NCBI GenBank assembly: GCA_963663805.2
Contig: CAXXMR010000020.1
Location: forward strand, 64,001 to 128,000
Length of the DNA stretch: 64,000 bases
DNA from: Sedimentisphaerales bacterium
GTDB taxonomy: Bacteria > Planctomycetota > Phycisphaerae > Sedimentisphaerales > SM23-30
Direction: 5' to 3'
The position numbers and the translations under genes are program-made. Below are positions 32,562 through 43,208 of the stretch, piece after piece (position 1 is the first letter of the stretch; every line of letters starts with the position of its first letter). Under the pieces are notes generated by a model. The model was not told the origin of the DNA, did not search any database, and saw only the letters and a program-made list of their open reading frames with translations.

Positions 32562-34080
32562 GGTTATCTCAGCAGCGATTCTCAGTTCAGCTATACTTGG
32601 GATGTCTTCGGTCGGATTACCTCGGTAACTAACGAGACCGCCGCCGGTACGCCCAAGAAGAAGGTGAAATACATCTACGATGCCCTGGGCCGCAGGGTGG
32701 CCGAACAGTACGAGAATCTTGAGCTCCAGCGAATGGGTGGACCGTTATCTGGTTTATGACGGCCTGAAACTCGCCGCGGAGTTCGAGCTGGACCCGGCCG
32801 GTGAGCTTCTCCGCCGCTATATCTATGACGGCCAGAGCAGCAGCCCTGCGATCTTCATTGACTATACCCCTGAGTTCTCTGACGATTTCTACGCCGTCCT
32901 CACCGATGACCGCGGCAGCGTTATGGGGCTGGTCACGGATGATGGTACGCTGGTTGAGCAGCTATACTACAACTCAACCGGTCTGTGCAAATCCTGGGAT
33001 CCGGCAAGCAACAGTTGGAATACCCATCCTGACAATGCCGCTTACAATCTCGGCCGCAGTGAATATATTCCGTTTGGTTACCTCGGCATGTACCGCGACC
33101 GCTTCACGGGTAAATACCATACCCACTACCGAGAATACGACCCCGTCCACGCCCGCTGGCTCAGCGAAGACCCGGCCGGATACGCCGACGGCCTGAACCT
33201 CTATAATGCCTATATGGGCGTTAATGGGGTTGATCCGTTGGGGCTGGAAACGCCTTGGCGTAAAAAAGCAAATAGCATTACTTCGGAATATAAACGATTT
33301 GTGGAAGCTCGAGAGGCCTATTTGAATGGCGGCGGTTCTCTGGAGAGTATTTACAAAGATAAATTTGGTGATTATCCTGAATATTATTATACCGGCAAGC
33401 AAACTGCTACAGCATATGACCCCGATATTCATACTTCCTGGGACGGAGTTTTAATATCGCATAGCGATTATGCTGAGAGAATCGCAAACCTCGAACAATC
33501 ACAACCCTGGTGGGAAGAAAATCCAACTTTACATAATTTTGAGCATTTAGCTCTCGACGTAATAGGAACTTTTGATCCATCACCTGCAACTGATATTTAT
33601 CACGCTGGAGTACATGCTGCTCACGGTGAAATGCGTGATGCAAAAATCACTTTCATTGTTGCTCTTGGCGGTGCCCTTTTGGCCGATGCTCTTAAATTTG
33701 GCAAATACAGTGATGAGGTAGGTGATTATGCTGAAATGTTCGAAAACATATCCGCCAAAAATGTTGACAATGCTGCTGATTTAGGACAGACTGCTAAAGG
33801 TGGCACTTATGTGTTGAAGGATGGAAGGTCTGGTCAAATAATGCGTTCTGGCAGAAGTAATAATTTACTTCGTCGCAGGGCTGAACATTCTCGTGATCCA
33901 CTATTGAAGGATTATATGTTTGAACCAGTTCACCGAACAGATGTATATAAACAACAAAGAGGATTAGAACAATTTCTTCATGATATGCATAATCCTCCAT
34001 TAAACAAGGTGCGGCCGATAAGCCCCAAAAATCCGAGACGTCAGAAATATATTGACGCTGCTGAGGAGTTTTTAAAATGA
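32562..34080 (+). pseudogene. Orphan RHS cassette 1: truncated RHS core plus GIY-YIG/URI-fold nuclease-like toxin
   Basis: FSYTWDVFGRI...YIYDALGRR from ~32562, frameshift near 32720, REYDP...RWLSEDP...DPLGL; tip GGTYVLKD..RSGRSNNLLRR..H..EQ..PPLNK. Confidence 0.8.
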
Positions 34081-34538
34081 AACAGTTACCATATGTGGAA
34101 AGTACGGTTTTTCTTGTGCCGCTTAAAAGTGGTGGATTTGCGCGAGGTGTCGTAGCGCGTTCCAGCAAAAAAGGAAAAGTATTGTTTGGATATTTTTTTG
34201 GGCCTGCACTTAAATCAACTAATATGGTGCCTTTGGATGATTTGGATCCCGAGAAGGCAATAATGCGAGTTATCTTTGGTGACCTTGGATTAATCAATGG
34301 AGAATGGGAAATCGTTGGCACAATTCCCGACTGGAAACGTGCCGAATGGTCCATGCCTGACTTTGTACGACGCGACCCAATCTCAAAGAGAGCATTTTTA
34401 GTACGCTACTCTGACACGGACCCCAACATGCTACTGGGAGAGTGTCCAACGGATTATAATTCCAAACTAGAATCAGATTCAATGTATGGATATGGTGCTG
34501 TTGAAACTCGACTTTCGGATCTTTTGGAAGGTGATTGA
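34077..34538 (+). CDS. Immunity protein, Imm26-like
   Basis: VFLVPLKSGGFARGVVAR...GEWEIVG; start overlaps the toxin stop codon. Confidence 0.75.
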   Translation: MKQLPYVESTVFLVPLKSGGFARGVVARSSKKGKVLFGYFFGPALKSTNMVPLDDLDPEKAIMRVIFGDLGLINGEWEIVGTIPDWKRAEWSMPDFVRRDPISKRAFLVRYSDTDPNMLLGECPTDYNSKLESDSMYGYGAVETRLSDLLEGD

Positions 34539-34655
34539 TGTCAAAATAAGCAAAAACATACCGGGAGGGTTAAATATTCCCGGTACATTTTTTGATACAA
34601 CGCTCTTTGACAATTGAATAAGGTTTGAAGTTTTACCGATGACCGCGGTAGCGTC

Positions 34656-35921
34656 ATGGGGCTGGTCAAAGAAGACGGTACGCTGGTTGAGCAGCTATAT
34701 TACAACTCAACCGGTCTGTGCAAATCCTGGGATCCCTCCGGCGGCGGCAACTGGAATACTCATCCTGACAATGCCGCTTACAATCTCGGCCGCAGTGAAT
34801 ATATTCCGTTTGGCTATCTGGGCATGTACCGCGACCGCTTTACGGGTAAATACCACACTCACTTCCGCGAATACGACCCGCTCCACGCCCGCTGGCTCAG
34901 CGAAGACCCGGCCGGATACGCCGATGGTCTGAATCTTTATAATGCCTATATGGGTGTTAATGGGATTGATCCGTTGGGGCTGGAAATATCCAAACGGGAG
35001 ATGATGGAAGCGTACAGCGATATCTTCGGTTATGACGACATCCTATTGCGAGCATTTATAGCTTCCGGCCATAGTTTTGATATGGGGGATGTTCTGGGCG
35101 ATTGGGATGTTGACCGCTCTTGGTTCACTAAAGGCCAGCCATTAGACATCGAAATCGAGGAAGACCTTGATGCTGTAACCGCCGCTTTTTATCTCCGAAA
35201 AGCTTTCTTTCAGGCTTTGGGCGATAGCCGGGAAATGCGTAAGAATGTTCTTTCCATGAAATACGGCTCTAATGACCCCGGGGCCTTCAAAGGTTCGGAT
35301 TCTTACTTTAGGGCAGGTGAATGGGCCGCAGAACTGAAACAGTTAGAAGCAATTGCCGCCGCAAATATGTCCGTAGATGCCGCCGCCATGGCAGAGGCCT
35401 ACTTTAGCATCCCGGCCATTATGAGCGAAGGAGCCGATTTTGTCAGCACTGTCGCCGAAGTCTGCGATGGCAACTACTACGCCCTTGCCGGCCTGCTACC
35501 CTTTGTACCCTCAACAGTCAAAATGGTTGACAATTTCAAAGGAAGTGTAGACAATGTTGTTGGCTTGAGCCGAGTTCGAAAAGTAAATAATCGCCTTCCG
35601 ATAAATGCGAAGAATTATGCAGGTCGTTATGTGCCACTTGAGGATTTGCCTGTTGCTATCCGAGGCAAATATCCAAACAGTGTATTCTTCTCCAAGGCAG
35701 GCTATCCGGATTTTGCAAGATATGCAAAAGCACAGGTTAGAATAGAACCAACCGGCCAAAGGATAAAGGATTTTCGTTTAGCCAACAAGGCTGCCGGTTT
35801 CAAAAAAACGCCTGATGGTTTCACTTGGCATCATCACCAAGAGACAGGTATTATGCAGTTAGTTCCAAATGATTTACATAAAAATGTTAGACATACTGGC
35901 GGTATTGCTATCGGTAATTAA
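34656..35921 (+). CDS. Orphan RHS cassette 2 with WHH-type HNH nuclease tip
   Basis: RHS core end DPLGL; GYPDF...DFRLAN...FTWHHHQETGIMQLVP..LH..VRHTGG. Confidence 0.88.
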   Translation: MGLVKEDGTLVEQLYYNSTGLCKSWDPSGGGNWNTHPDNAAYNLGRSEYIPFGYLGMYRDRFTGKYHTHFREYDPLHARWLSEDPAGYADGLNLYNAYMGVNGIDPLGLEISKREMMEAYSDIFGYDDILLRAFIASGHSFDMGDVLGDWDVDRSWFTKGQPLDIEIEEDLDAVTAAFYLRKAFFQALGDSREMRKNVLSMKYGSNDPGAFKGSDSYFRAGEWAAELKQLEAIAAANMSVDAAAMAEAYFSIPAIMSEGADFVSTVAEVCDGNYYALAGLLPFVPSTVKMVDNFKGSVDNVVGLSRVRKVNNRLPINAKNYAGRYVPLEDLPVAIRGKYPNSVFFSKAGYPDFARYAKAQVRIEPTGQRIKDFRLANKAAGFKKTPDGFTWHHHQETGIMQLVPNDLHKNVRHTGGIAIGN

Positions 35922-35948
35922 TATTATGATGAATCAAAAGGTTGAGTT

Positions 35949-36404
35949 ATGGTAAAAATGACGGATTCACTGGGACCAATTTCAGAAAAAGATATTGTGG
36001 AGTTAGAAAGTATATATAAAATTCAGCTCCCCATAAATTATAGGAATTTCTTGATTAAATATAATGGTGGTCGCCCAGAGCCAGATTGTTTTAATTTTAA
36101 GGATGGGACATCAGGATCTGACATAAATATGTTTTTTGGGCTATGCAAAGATTACAACTATAATTTGACAGCCCAAATCGAAATATTTAAAGATAGAATA
36201 CCCTACTCCTTATTTTCAATTGCCGAGGATTCTGGAGGAAATATCATTTGTATAGGTATAAAAGGCGAGTATTTAGGTAAAATATATTTTTGGGACCACG
36301 AGCTTGAAGCGGATGTTGGGGAAGTTCCCGATTTTTCAAATATAACTTTAATTGCGGACAGCTTTCAAGAATTTCTGGATGGCCTCTACGATCTTGAGGT
36401 ATAG
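35949..36404 (+). CDS. SMI1/KNR4 (SUKH) immunity protein
   Basis: LPINYRNFLIKYNGG, IAEDSGGNIIC, GKIYFWDHE, IADSFQEFL. Confidence 0.92.
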   Translation: MVKMTDSLGPISEKDIVELESIYKIQLPINYRNFLIKYNGGRPEPDCFNFKDGTSGSDINMFFGLCKDYNYNLTAQIEIFKDRIPYSLFSIAEDSGGNIICIGIKGEYLGKIYFWDHELEADVGEVPDFSNITLIADSFQEFLDGLYDLEV

Positions 36405-36503
36405 GTTGGGGATAAATCGTAAGGTCCCCGGTACATTTTTGGCATAATGCTCTTTGGCAATTGAATAAGGTTTGAAGTTCTAACCGATGACCGCGGCAGC
36501 GTT

Positions 36504-37727
36504 ATGGGGCTGGTCAAGGATGATGGTACGCTGGTGGAGCAGCTATATTACAACTCTACCGGTCTGTGCAAATCCTGGGATCCCTCCGGCGGCGGCAGTT
36601 GGAATACTCATCCTGACAATGCCGCTTACAATCTCGGCCGCAGTGAATATATTCCGTTCGGTTACCTCGGCATGTACCGCGACCGCTTCACCGGGAAATA
36701 TCACACGCACTTCCGCGAATACGACCCGCTCCACGCCCGCTGGCTCAGCGAAGACCCGGCCGGATACGCCGACGGCCTGAACCTCTACAACGCCTATATG
36801 GGCGTTAATGGGATTGATCCGTTGGGGCTTGACCGTCAGCAGCCCTGGGACTGGCATCATTTGTTCCCTCAGGCTGTTTTCGGAGATGGCGGCTTGTTCT
36901 CCAGTTCTTACATTCAGAAATTAGGAATGAAAATCGCCGGGTTTGAAAAAAATAGTGATTTCATCGACCAATACGGTATGATTATGCTAACCGAGGACCA
37001 TAAAGCATTGAATAATAAACGGTACAATAAATATTGGATGGATTGGGTTAAAAAATTGTCCGATGAAGGGATCAAGGAAATTACCCCTCAAATGTTCAAG
37101 AAGAAATTAGCTGAGGTTGTCGGAAAGACCAAATGGGGTTCTATGCTCAACAAAGGGCTCTCTTGTGGAGATGTTACCTATAAAACCTGGAATAGTTTTA
37201 GTGCTGTGGGCAGGTCCGGTGCAATGCGTACTATACTTGCTCGTCATTCGGCCACAAATAGCAATAAGGTTAAAGTTCTGAGCCATCAATGGAAACAATG
37301 GAATAAAGTAAATGATATTGGCGCGGACTTCATAAATGCCGCGAGAAAAGCCAGCAAGTCTAAGAAAATTATGCAAAAAGTTGGCGGCAAGGCAATGCGT
37401 GCCATTGCCCCTCTTGCTTTTATCATCGCCATGTATTCTGCAGAAGACTCACAGGCTGCTTCTGTAGCTGCCGCTGAACTTGCAGTTGATTTTGTACCTG
37501 TTGTAGGTTGGGGCAAGGCGATGTATGATGTTGCTCTAAAAGATGTAACTACAGATGTAGTCCAGGCGCATATGTATAATTATTATAAAGAACAAGATGT
37601 ATTTATGGAAACAGTCATGGGCTCAACCAATGATTCTAATGCTATCAACTGGGGATTCGATAGACATACATATTACCTAGACTTTTTTAATCCGATTGAA
37701 GCTCAACGAAGAAGGTCGAATAGATGA
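36504..37727 (+). CDS. Orphan RHS cassette 3 with HHxFPQ (DUF2380/AHH-like) putative nuclease
   Basis: DPLGL immediately followed by WDWHHLFPQ...EDH...YNKYW. Confidence 0.7.
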   Translation: MGLVKDDGTLVEQLYYNSTGLCKSWDPSGGGSWNTHPDNAAYNLGRSEYIPFGYLGMYRDRFTGKYHTHFREYDPLHARWLSEDPAGYADGLNLYNAYMGVNGIDPLGLDRQQPWDWHHLFPQAVFGDGGLFSSSYIQKLGMKIAGFEKNSDFIDQYGMIMLTEDHKALNNKRYNKYWMDWVKKLSDEGIKEITPQMFKKKLAEVVGKTKWGSMLNKGLSCGDVTYKTWNSFSAVGRSGAMRTILARHSATNSNKVKVLSHQWKQWNKVNDIGADFINAARKASKSKKIMQKVGGKAMRAIAPLAFIIAMYSAEDSQAASVAAAELAVDFVPVVGWGKAMYDVALKDVTTDVVQAHMYNYYKEQDVFMETVMGSTNDSNAINWGFDRHTYYLDFFNPIEAQRRRSNR

Positions 37728-38419
37728 TAATTTATATAATTGGCATAAAATTTGAGTATGGAACAGAAGAAGACCCAATACATTCATTTCATGAAGAAAT
37801 GTTCCATGGCGAAAATCTCCGATACGTGGATGGTCTATTAAAACCAGATTATCATCTTGGTGAAGAAATAAAATCTCCCATGAAAATAATAAAGAATGTC
37901 TATAAGATGCCGAAGCTTTTTAGTCCAGATCTCTCGCTTGTGGTTTCGGAACAACTACGCGAAAAATTAAGCACTTTCCCTCATATAGAATTTGTTAAAG
38001 TTGAATTCGTTAAGCTTTTTGAATTTCCTTATGAGCCAAATGATTTTTCCTTTTACGACATCAAAGGCTTTAAAACTCCTGACAAATTCATCAAGAAACA
38101 ACGCCACAATAAAAAACTTAAAGATAAAATCGGTGATTATTACGAAATGGTAATCGCTCGCTATCGAGATTTCGTTGATAATTTCAAGAATCTTAGCACC
38201 TACAAACTATCGATTGACTATTTTGATGATGAAGAAATGAATGAGCTCGGCTTCTCTAAAGAGCTTTTGGACGAATATCCAATTTTTAGAAAATGGGGAA
38301 CAATTTTCACAGAACCTGTTTTTAATATATTAAAAGATTATATTGACCCTAATTATTACTTTGTGAAGCAATATGATTTATCCGAAGGTCCCAATCCTCA
38401 ATCGAAGATGATTATATAG
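37724..38419 (+). CDS. Putative immunity protein of cassette 3
   Basis: Low-GC ORF overlapping the toxin stop; LVVSEQLREKL, YYEM. Confidence 0.65.
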   Translation: MIIYIIGIKFEYGTEEDPIHSFHEEMFHGENLRYVDGLLKPDYHLGEEIKSPMKIIKNVYKMPKLFSPDLSLVVSEQLREKLSTFPHIEFVKVEFVKLFEFPYEPNDFSFYDIKGFKTPDKFIKKQRHNKKLKDKIGDYYEMVIARYRDFVDNFKNLSTYKLSIDYFDDEEMNELGFSKELLDEYPIFRKWGTIFTEPVFNILKDYIDPNYYFVKQYDLSEGPNPQSKMII

Positions 38420-38457
38420 GCATGAAAACACGGGATAGTTAACATGCCCGATTAATG

Positions 38458-38734
38458 CAATGCTCTTTAACAATTGAATAAGGTAAATCGGTCGCTGGTA
38501 ATCCGATTGATGTATCTGAATCAGAAATCAGAGTTCAGATGTCAGAGATCAGCAGAAAAAAACTTGAACCACAAAATACACTAAACACCCGAAAGTAATA
38601 CATTTCTTTTTTTCGTGTAGTTCGTGTATTTCCCTACGGGGCTCTCCGCTTCGCTCCGTGTCGTGGTTTAATATCTTAGCAGTGGCCGTTAAAAATCCGC
38701 GTAATCCGGGAAGAATTAAATGTACCGGACACCT
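38458..38734. repeat. ~200-280-bp REP-mosaic spacer, three copies (38458-38734, 41255-41548, 46517-46680)
   Basis: Near-identical caatgctctttaacaattgaataaggtaaatcgg...tcagaaatcagagttcagatgtcagagatcag...aaccacaaaa..cactaaacacccgaaag. Confidence 0.85.
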
Positions 38735-38759
38735 TCCTATGAAGCCAGATGTGTCAAGG

Positions 38760-39110
38760 TTGATTTTAGTTTTTTTTATTTTCTTTTTTTTCACTTTACG
38801 TACCTTTTCTGCGGCTCGGTTATGATCGGTCGTCTCATGCTCCTATTCAGGTTGCCGCGGGATTATTTGATTTTTGCGGGCCTATTAAACTTATACGGCA
38901 GTCGGCCTATTCTTAAGTGCGGGCTCTGATGGCCCAAGGTGTCCGTCAGGCTCGACTGTATTCGATCTCGATCACTTAAGAGCTTCAATCATATTCGTTT
39001 TGTTTTTCTTGCGGTCGTCAGATTGTGGTTAATCTGGTTATTGTAAACGGTTCTTCATTTTCGGCGTCAGCCGGGGGGAAACTGGCAAGGATGCGGCCTG
39101 AGCCGGATTC
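38760..39110 (-). ncRNA. Putative bridge/seek RNA region of IS110 copy 1
   Basis: ~380-bp non-coding region downstream of the recombinase, with hairpins and AAGGTGTCCG (38936-38945) matching the insertion target. Confidence 0.6.
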
Positions 39111-39116
39111 ATTTTA

Positions 39117-40220
39117 TTATTGAGCGCATCTCTGAGGTGTTGGGGTCAGTCGATTACTCCTTGGATTAGCTGAGGTTTTTTGTATTTTATATTTCCAGGG
39201 TTTATGGTCGCGCAGCATGGCCCAGCAGCGAATAAGCAAATGTCGAGCAACGGCGATTATGGCTATTTTTCGTCGTTTAGCGCTGCCTCGGCTGACGCGT
39301 AAGTATATCTCTCGGGCCCAATCGTATCGCAAAGCGGCCCAACTGGCCTGAACTAATAACGCCCTCAAAAGAGGATTGCCGCGTTTGCTGATACGTCCGG
39401 TACGATCCATTTGGCCGGACTGATAGCGGCGGGGAGTAAAACCGACATAACTGCTAACCTGGCGGCTGTTTTTGAAACGGTGAGGGTCATCAATAACCGC
39501 GACTATCGCCTCAGCGGTGCGGGGACCTACTCCTACGGCGGTTTGTAACAACTTTACTTTTTCCGATTTGTCATTGAGTTGGTTGAGTTTTTCGCTGGTC
39601 TGGTCGAGACAGTTTTTTAGAGCCTCCAGTTGTTTCAGCTCCAGGTCCAGTTGACCGCGCCAGAGTTCTTCGGGGTTATCTATTTGGGCGAAGGGCTGAG
39701 CCAGTGTTTCTATTTGATGGAGATGTTTTTTTGTCCAGCAGCTTTTGCCATCGGGCAGGTCTATGGCCATGGTAGTCATCAGGGCCCGGATGCTGTTTTT
39801 GACCTGCGTCTGACGATTGACAAGCTTTTGGCGATAATAGATGAGACTGCGTTTTTGACGAACCGGTTTATTGGGGACATGAACTTCAGGAAAGAAGCCG
39901 TGATGATACATCATAGCCAGGCGGTGAGCATCATCTTTGTCAGACTTGTTGGGATTGTTGGTCCATTTCCAGGCGGGATGATTGACGTTGGCAACTTTGA
40001 ATTGCAGCCCCATCGCCGTGAGCATGTCCGCCAGCCAGCCGGCCTGAGAACCGACCTCGAAAAGTACAATGGAATTTTCAGGAGCCAGCTCCGCGAAAAT
40101 GTCGTGGAACTGCGGCGGCGAAGTTTTGACGGTCGCGTATTTGGTTGTCAAAGAGCCGGTCTCCAGCGTGCAAAATGCGCTCTTGCGTTTACCCAGGTCG
40201 ATTGCTACAATAGTTTCCAT
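39117..40220 (-). CDS. IS110-family DEDD recombinase/transposase
   Basis: AIDLGK, FEVGS, KSDKDDA, GVGPRTA, YQSG, GRISKRGN. Confidence 0.95.
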   Translation of the reverse strand: METIVAIDLGKRKSAFCTLETGSLTTKYATVKTSPPQFHDIFAELAPENSIVLFEVGSQAGWLADMLTAMGLQFKVANVNHPAWKWTNNPNKSDKDDAHRLAMMYHHGFFPEVHVPNKPVRQKRSLIYYRQKLVNRQTQVKNSIRALMTTMAIDLPDGKSCWTKKHLHQIETLAQPFAQIDNPEELWRGQLDLELKQLEALKNCLDQTSEKLNQLNDKSEKVKLLQTAVGVGPRTAEAIVAVIDDPHRFKNSRQVSSYVGFTPRRYQSGQMDRTGRISKRGNPLLRALLVQASWAALRYDWAREIYLRVSRGSAKRRKIAIIAVARHLLIRCWAMLRDHKPWKYKIQKTSANPRSNRLTPTPQRCAQ

Positions 40221-40355
40221 GGTCAGATGCTCCTTAATCCTTGTGAAGAATAAAGTTGTGGTGCCCCAGCGGCAACCACGCCGGGACGATTATAACATAA
40301 TTCGTCCCGGAGCATCTGGCTTTCATAGTTTCTTAATTTCCCCTTTAATTTCCCC

Positions 40356-40521
40356 CCAGGCGCATATGTATAATTATTATAAAGAACAAGATGTATTTAT
40401 GGAAACGGTCATGGGCTCAACTAATGAGTTTGATGCTGTCAACTGGGGATTAAATAGGCACACATATCACCTTAATCGTTTTAATCCGATTGAAGCCCAA
40501 CAAAGAAAGTCGAATAGATGA
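40356..40521 (+). pseudogene. Diverged 3' tip of a cassette-3-type toxin
   Basis: QAHMYNYYKEQDVFMETVMGSTN... paralogous to 37562-37727. Confidence 0.85.
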
Positions 40522-41216
40522 TAATTTATATAATTGGCAACAAACTTGCAGGGTATCTAGACAATCCTACGATACATACATTTCAAGGCGAAATGTTTTG
40601 TGGCGAAAATATCCGATACGTGAATGGTCTATTAAAACCAGATTATAATCTTGGTGAAGAAATAAAATCACCTATGAAACTGATTAAAAACGTCTACAAA
40701 ATGCCGGATCTGTTCAGCCCCCACTCAACGGTATTTGTTGTATCAGAAAAACTTCGGAAACAATTGGCTATTTTTCCACACATTGAATTTATTAAAGTGG
40801 AATTTATCAAGCTTTTTGAATTTCCTTATGAGCCAAATGATTTTTCCTTTTATGATATCAAAGGCTTTAAGGACCCAGAAAGTTTTATTAAAAAACAACG
40901 TCACAATAAAAAACTCAAGGATCAAATCGGCGATTATTATGAAATGGTAATTGCTCGTTATCAGGATTTTGCTGATAAGTTCAAAAATCTTAACACCTGT
41001 AAACTATCGATAGACTATTTTGATGATGAAGAAATGAGCGAGCTAAGGTTTTCAAGAGAACTTTTTGAGGCATATCCAATTTTTTGGGAATGGAAAACTA
41101 TTTTAACAGAACCCGTATTCGATGTATTAAAAGATTATATTGACCCTAATTATTACTTTGTAAAACAATATGATTTATCCGAAGGTTCCAATCCTCAATC
41201 AAAGATGATTATATAG
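40518..41216 (+). CDS. Orphan immunity paralogue of 37724-38419
   Basis: Colinear with that gene but with many amino-acid substitutions; near-identical C-terminus. Confidence 0.75.
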   Translation: MIIYIIGNKLAGYLDNPTIHTFQGEMFCGENIRYVNGLLKPDYNLGEEIKSPMKLIKNVYKMPDLFSPHSTVFVVSEKLRKQLAIFPHIEFIKVEFIKLFEFPYEPNDFSFYDIKGFKDPESFIKKQRHNKKLKDQIGDYYEMVIARYQDFADKFKNLNTCKLSIDYFDDEEMSELRFSRELFEAYPIFWEWKTILTEPVFDVLKDYIDPNYYFVKQYDLSEGSNPQSKMII

Positions 41217-41600
41217 GCATGAAAACACGGGATAGTTAACATGCCCGATTAATGCAATGCTCTTTAACAATTGAATAAGGTAAATCGGTCGCTGGTAATC
41301 AGATTGACATATCTGAATCAGAAATCAGAGTTCAGAGTTCAGATGTCAGAGATCAGCAGAAAAAAACTTGAACCACAAAATGCACTAAACACCCGAAAGT
41401 CATACATTTCTTTTTTTCGTGTCGTTCGTGTATTTCCCTACGGGGCTCTCCGCTTCGCTCCGTGTCGTGGTTTAATATCTTAGCAGTGGCCGTTAAAAAT
41501 CCGCGTAATCCGGAAGAATTAAATGTACCGGACACCTTTAATTTCCCCTTTAATTTCCGGACACCTTTAATTTCCCCTTTAATTTCCATACCGGACACCT

Positions 41601-43199
41601 TCCTATGAAGCCAGATGTGTCAAGGTTGATTTTAGTTTTTTTTGATTTTCTTTTTTTTCACTTTACGTACCTTTTCTGCAGCTCGGTTATGATCGGTCGT
41701 CTCATGCTCCTATTCAGGTTGCCGCGGGATTATTTTGATTTCGCGGGCCTATTAAACTTATGCGGCAGTCGGCCTATTCTTAAGTACGGGCTCAAATGGC
41801 CCAAGGTGTCCGTCAGGCTCGACTGTATTCGATCTCGATCACTAAAGAGCTTCAATCATGTCAATTTTGTTTTTCTTATGGTCGTTAGGTTCTGGTTAAT
41901 CTGGTTATTGTAAACGGTTCTTTATATTCGGCGTCAGCCGGGGGGAAGCCGGCGAGGATGCGACCTGAGCCGGATTCATTTTTTATTGAACGCACCTCTG
42001 AGGTGTTGGGGTCAGTCGATTTCTCCTTGTGTTAACTGATACCTTTTGTATTTTATACTTCCAGGGTTTATGGTCGCGCAGCATGGCCCAGCAGCGAATA
42101 AGCAAATGTCGGGCAACGGCGATTATGGCTATTTTACGTCGTTTAGCGCTGCCTCGGCTGACGCGTAAGTATATCTCTCGGGCCCAATCGTATCGCAAAG
42201 CGGCCCAACTGGCCTGAACTAATAACGCCCTCAAAAGAGGATTGCCGCGTTTGCTGATACGGCCGGTACGGTCCATTTGGCCGGACTGATAGCGGCGGGG
42301 AGTAAAACCGACATAACTGCTAACCTGGCGGCTGTTTTTAAAACGGTGAGGGTCATCAATAACCGCGACTATTGCCTCAGCGGTTCGGGGACCTACTCCT
42401 ACGGCGGTTTGTAACAACTTTACCTTTTCCGATTTGTCATTGAGTTGGTTGAGTTTTTCGCTGGTCTGGTCGAGACATTTTTTTAGCGCCTCCAGTTGTT
42501 TCAGTTCCAGATCCAGTTGGCCACGCCAGAGTTCTTCGGGGTTATCTATTTCAGCGAAGGGCTGAGCCAATGTTTCTATTTGCTTGAGATGTTTTTTTGT
42601 CCAGCAGCTTTTGCCATCAGGCAGGTCTATGGCCATGATAGTCATCAGGGCCCGGATGCTGTTTTTGACCTGCGTCTGGCGATTGACAAGCTTTTGGCGA
42701 TAATAGATGAGACTGCGTTTTTGACGAACCGGTTTATTGGGGACATGAACTTCAGGAAAGAAGCCGTGATGATACATCATAGCCAGGCGGTGAGCATCAT
42801 CTTTGTCAGACTTGTTGGGATTGTTGGTCCATTTCCAGGCGGGATGATTGACGTTGGCAACCTTGAATTGCAGGCCCAACGCCGTGAGCATGTCCGCCAG
42901 CCAGCCGGCCTGAGAACCGACCTCGAAAAGTACGATGGAATTTTCAGGGTCCAGCTGCGCGAAAATATCGTGGAACTCCTGTGGGGAAGTTCTGACGGTC
43001 GCGTATTTGGTTGTCAAAGAGCCGGTCTCCAGCTTGCAAAATGCACTCTTGCGTTTACCTAGGTCGATTGCTACAATAGTTTCCATGGTCAGATGCTCCT
43101 TAATCCTTGTGAAGAATAAAGTTGTGGTGCCCCAGCGGCAACCACGCCGGGACGATTATAACATAATTCGTCCCGGAGCATCTGGCTTTCATAGTTTCT
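41601..43199 (-). mobile_element. IS110-family (IS1111-type) element, copy 2
   Basis: Same ends and target as copy 1; scattered substitutions; guide-like AAGGTGTCCG at 41803-41812. Confidence 0.88.
41983..43086 (-). CDS. IS110-family DEDD recombinase/transposase
   Basis: Near-identical to 39117-40220. Confidence 0.95.
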   Translation of the reverse strand: METIVAIDLGKRKSAFCKLETGSLTTKYATVRTSPQEFHDIFAQLDPENSIVLFEVGSQAGWLADMLTALGLQFKVANVNHPAWKWTNNPNKSDKDDAHRLAMMYHHGFFPEVHVPNKPVRQKRSLIYYRQKLVNRQTQVKNSIRALMTIMAIDLPDGKSCWTKKHLKQIETLAQPFAEIDNPEELWRGQLDLELKQLEALKKCLDQTSEKLNQLNDKSEKVKLLQTAVGVGPRTAEAIVAVIDDPHRFKNSRQVSSYVGFTPRRYQSGQMDRTGRISKRGNPLLRALLVQASWAALRYDWAREIYLRVSRGSAKRRKIAIIAVARHLLIRCWAMLRDHKPWKYKIQKVSVNTRRNRLTPTPQRCVQ

Positions 43200-43208
43200 T
43201 AATTTCCC

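Larger units (their letters stand above)
38735..40332 (-). mobile_element. IS110-family (IS1111-type) element, copy 1
   Basis: Subterminal IRs ctatgaagccagatg (38737-38751) / catctggctttcatag (40313-40328); long non-coding region 3' of the transposase; no long TSD. Confidence 0.88.
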
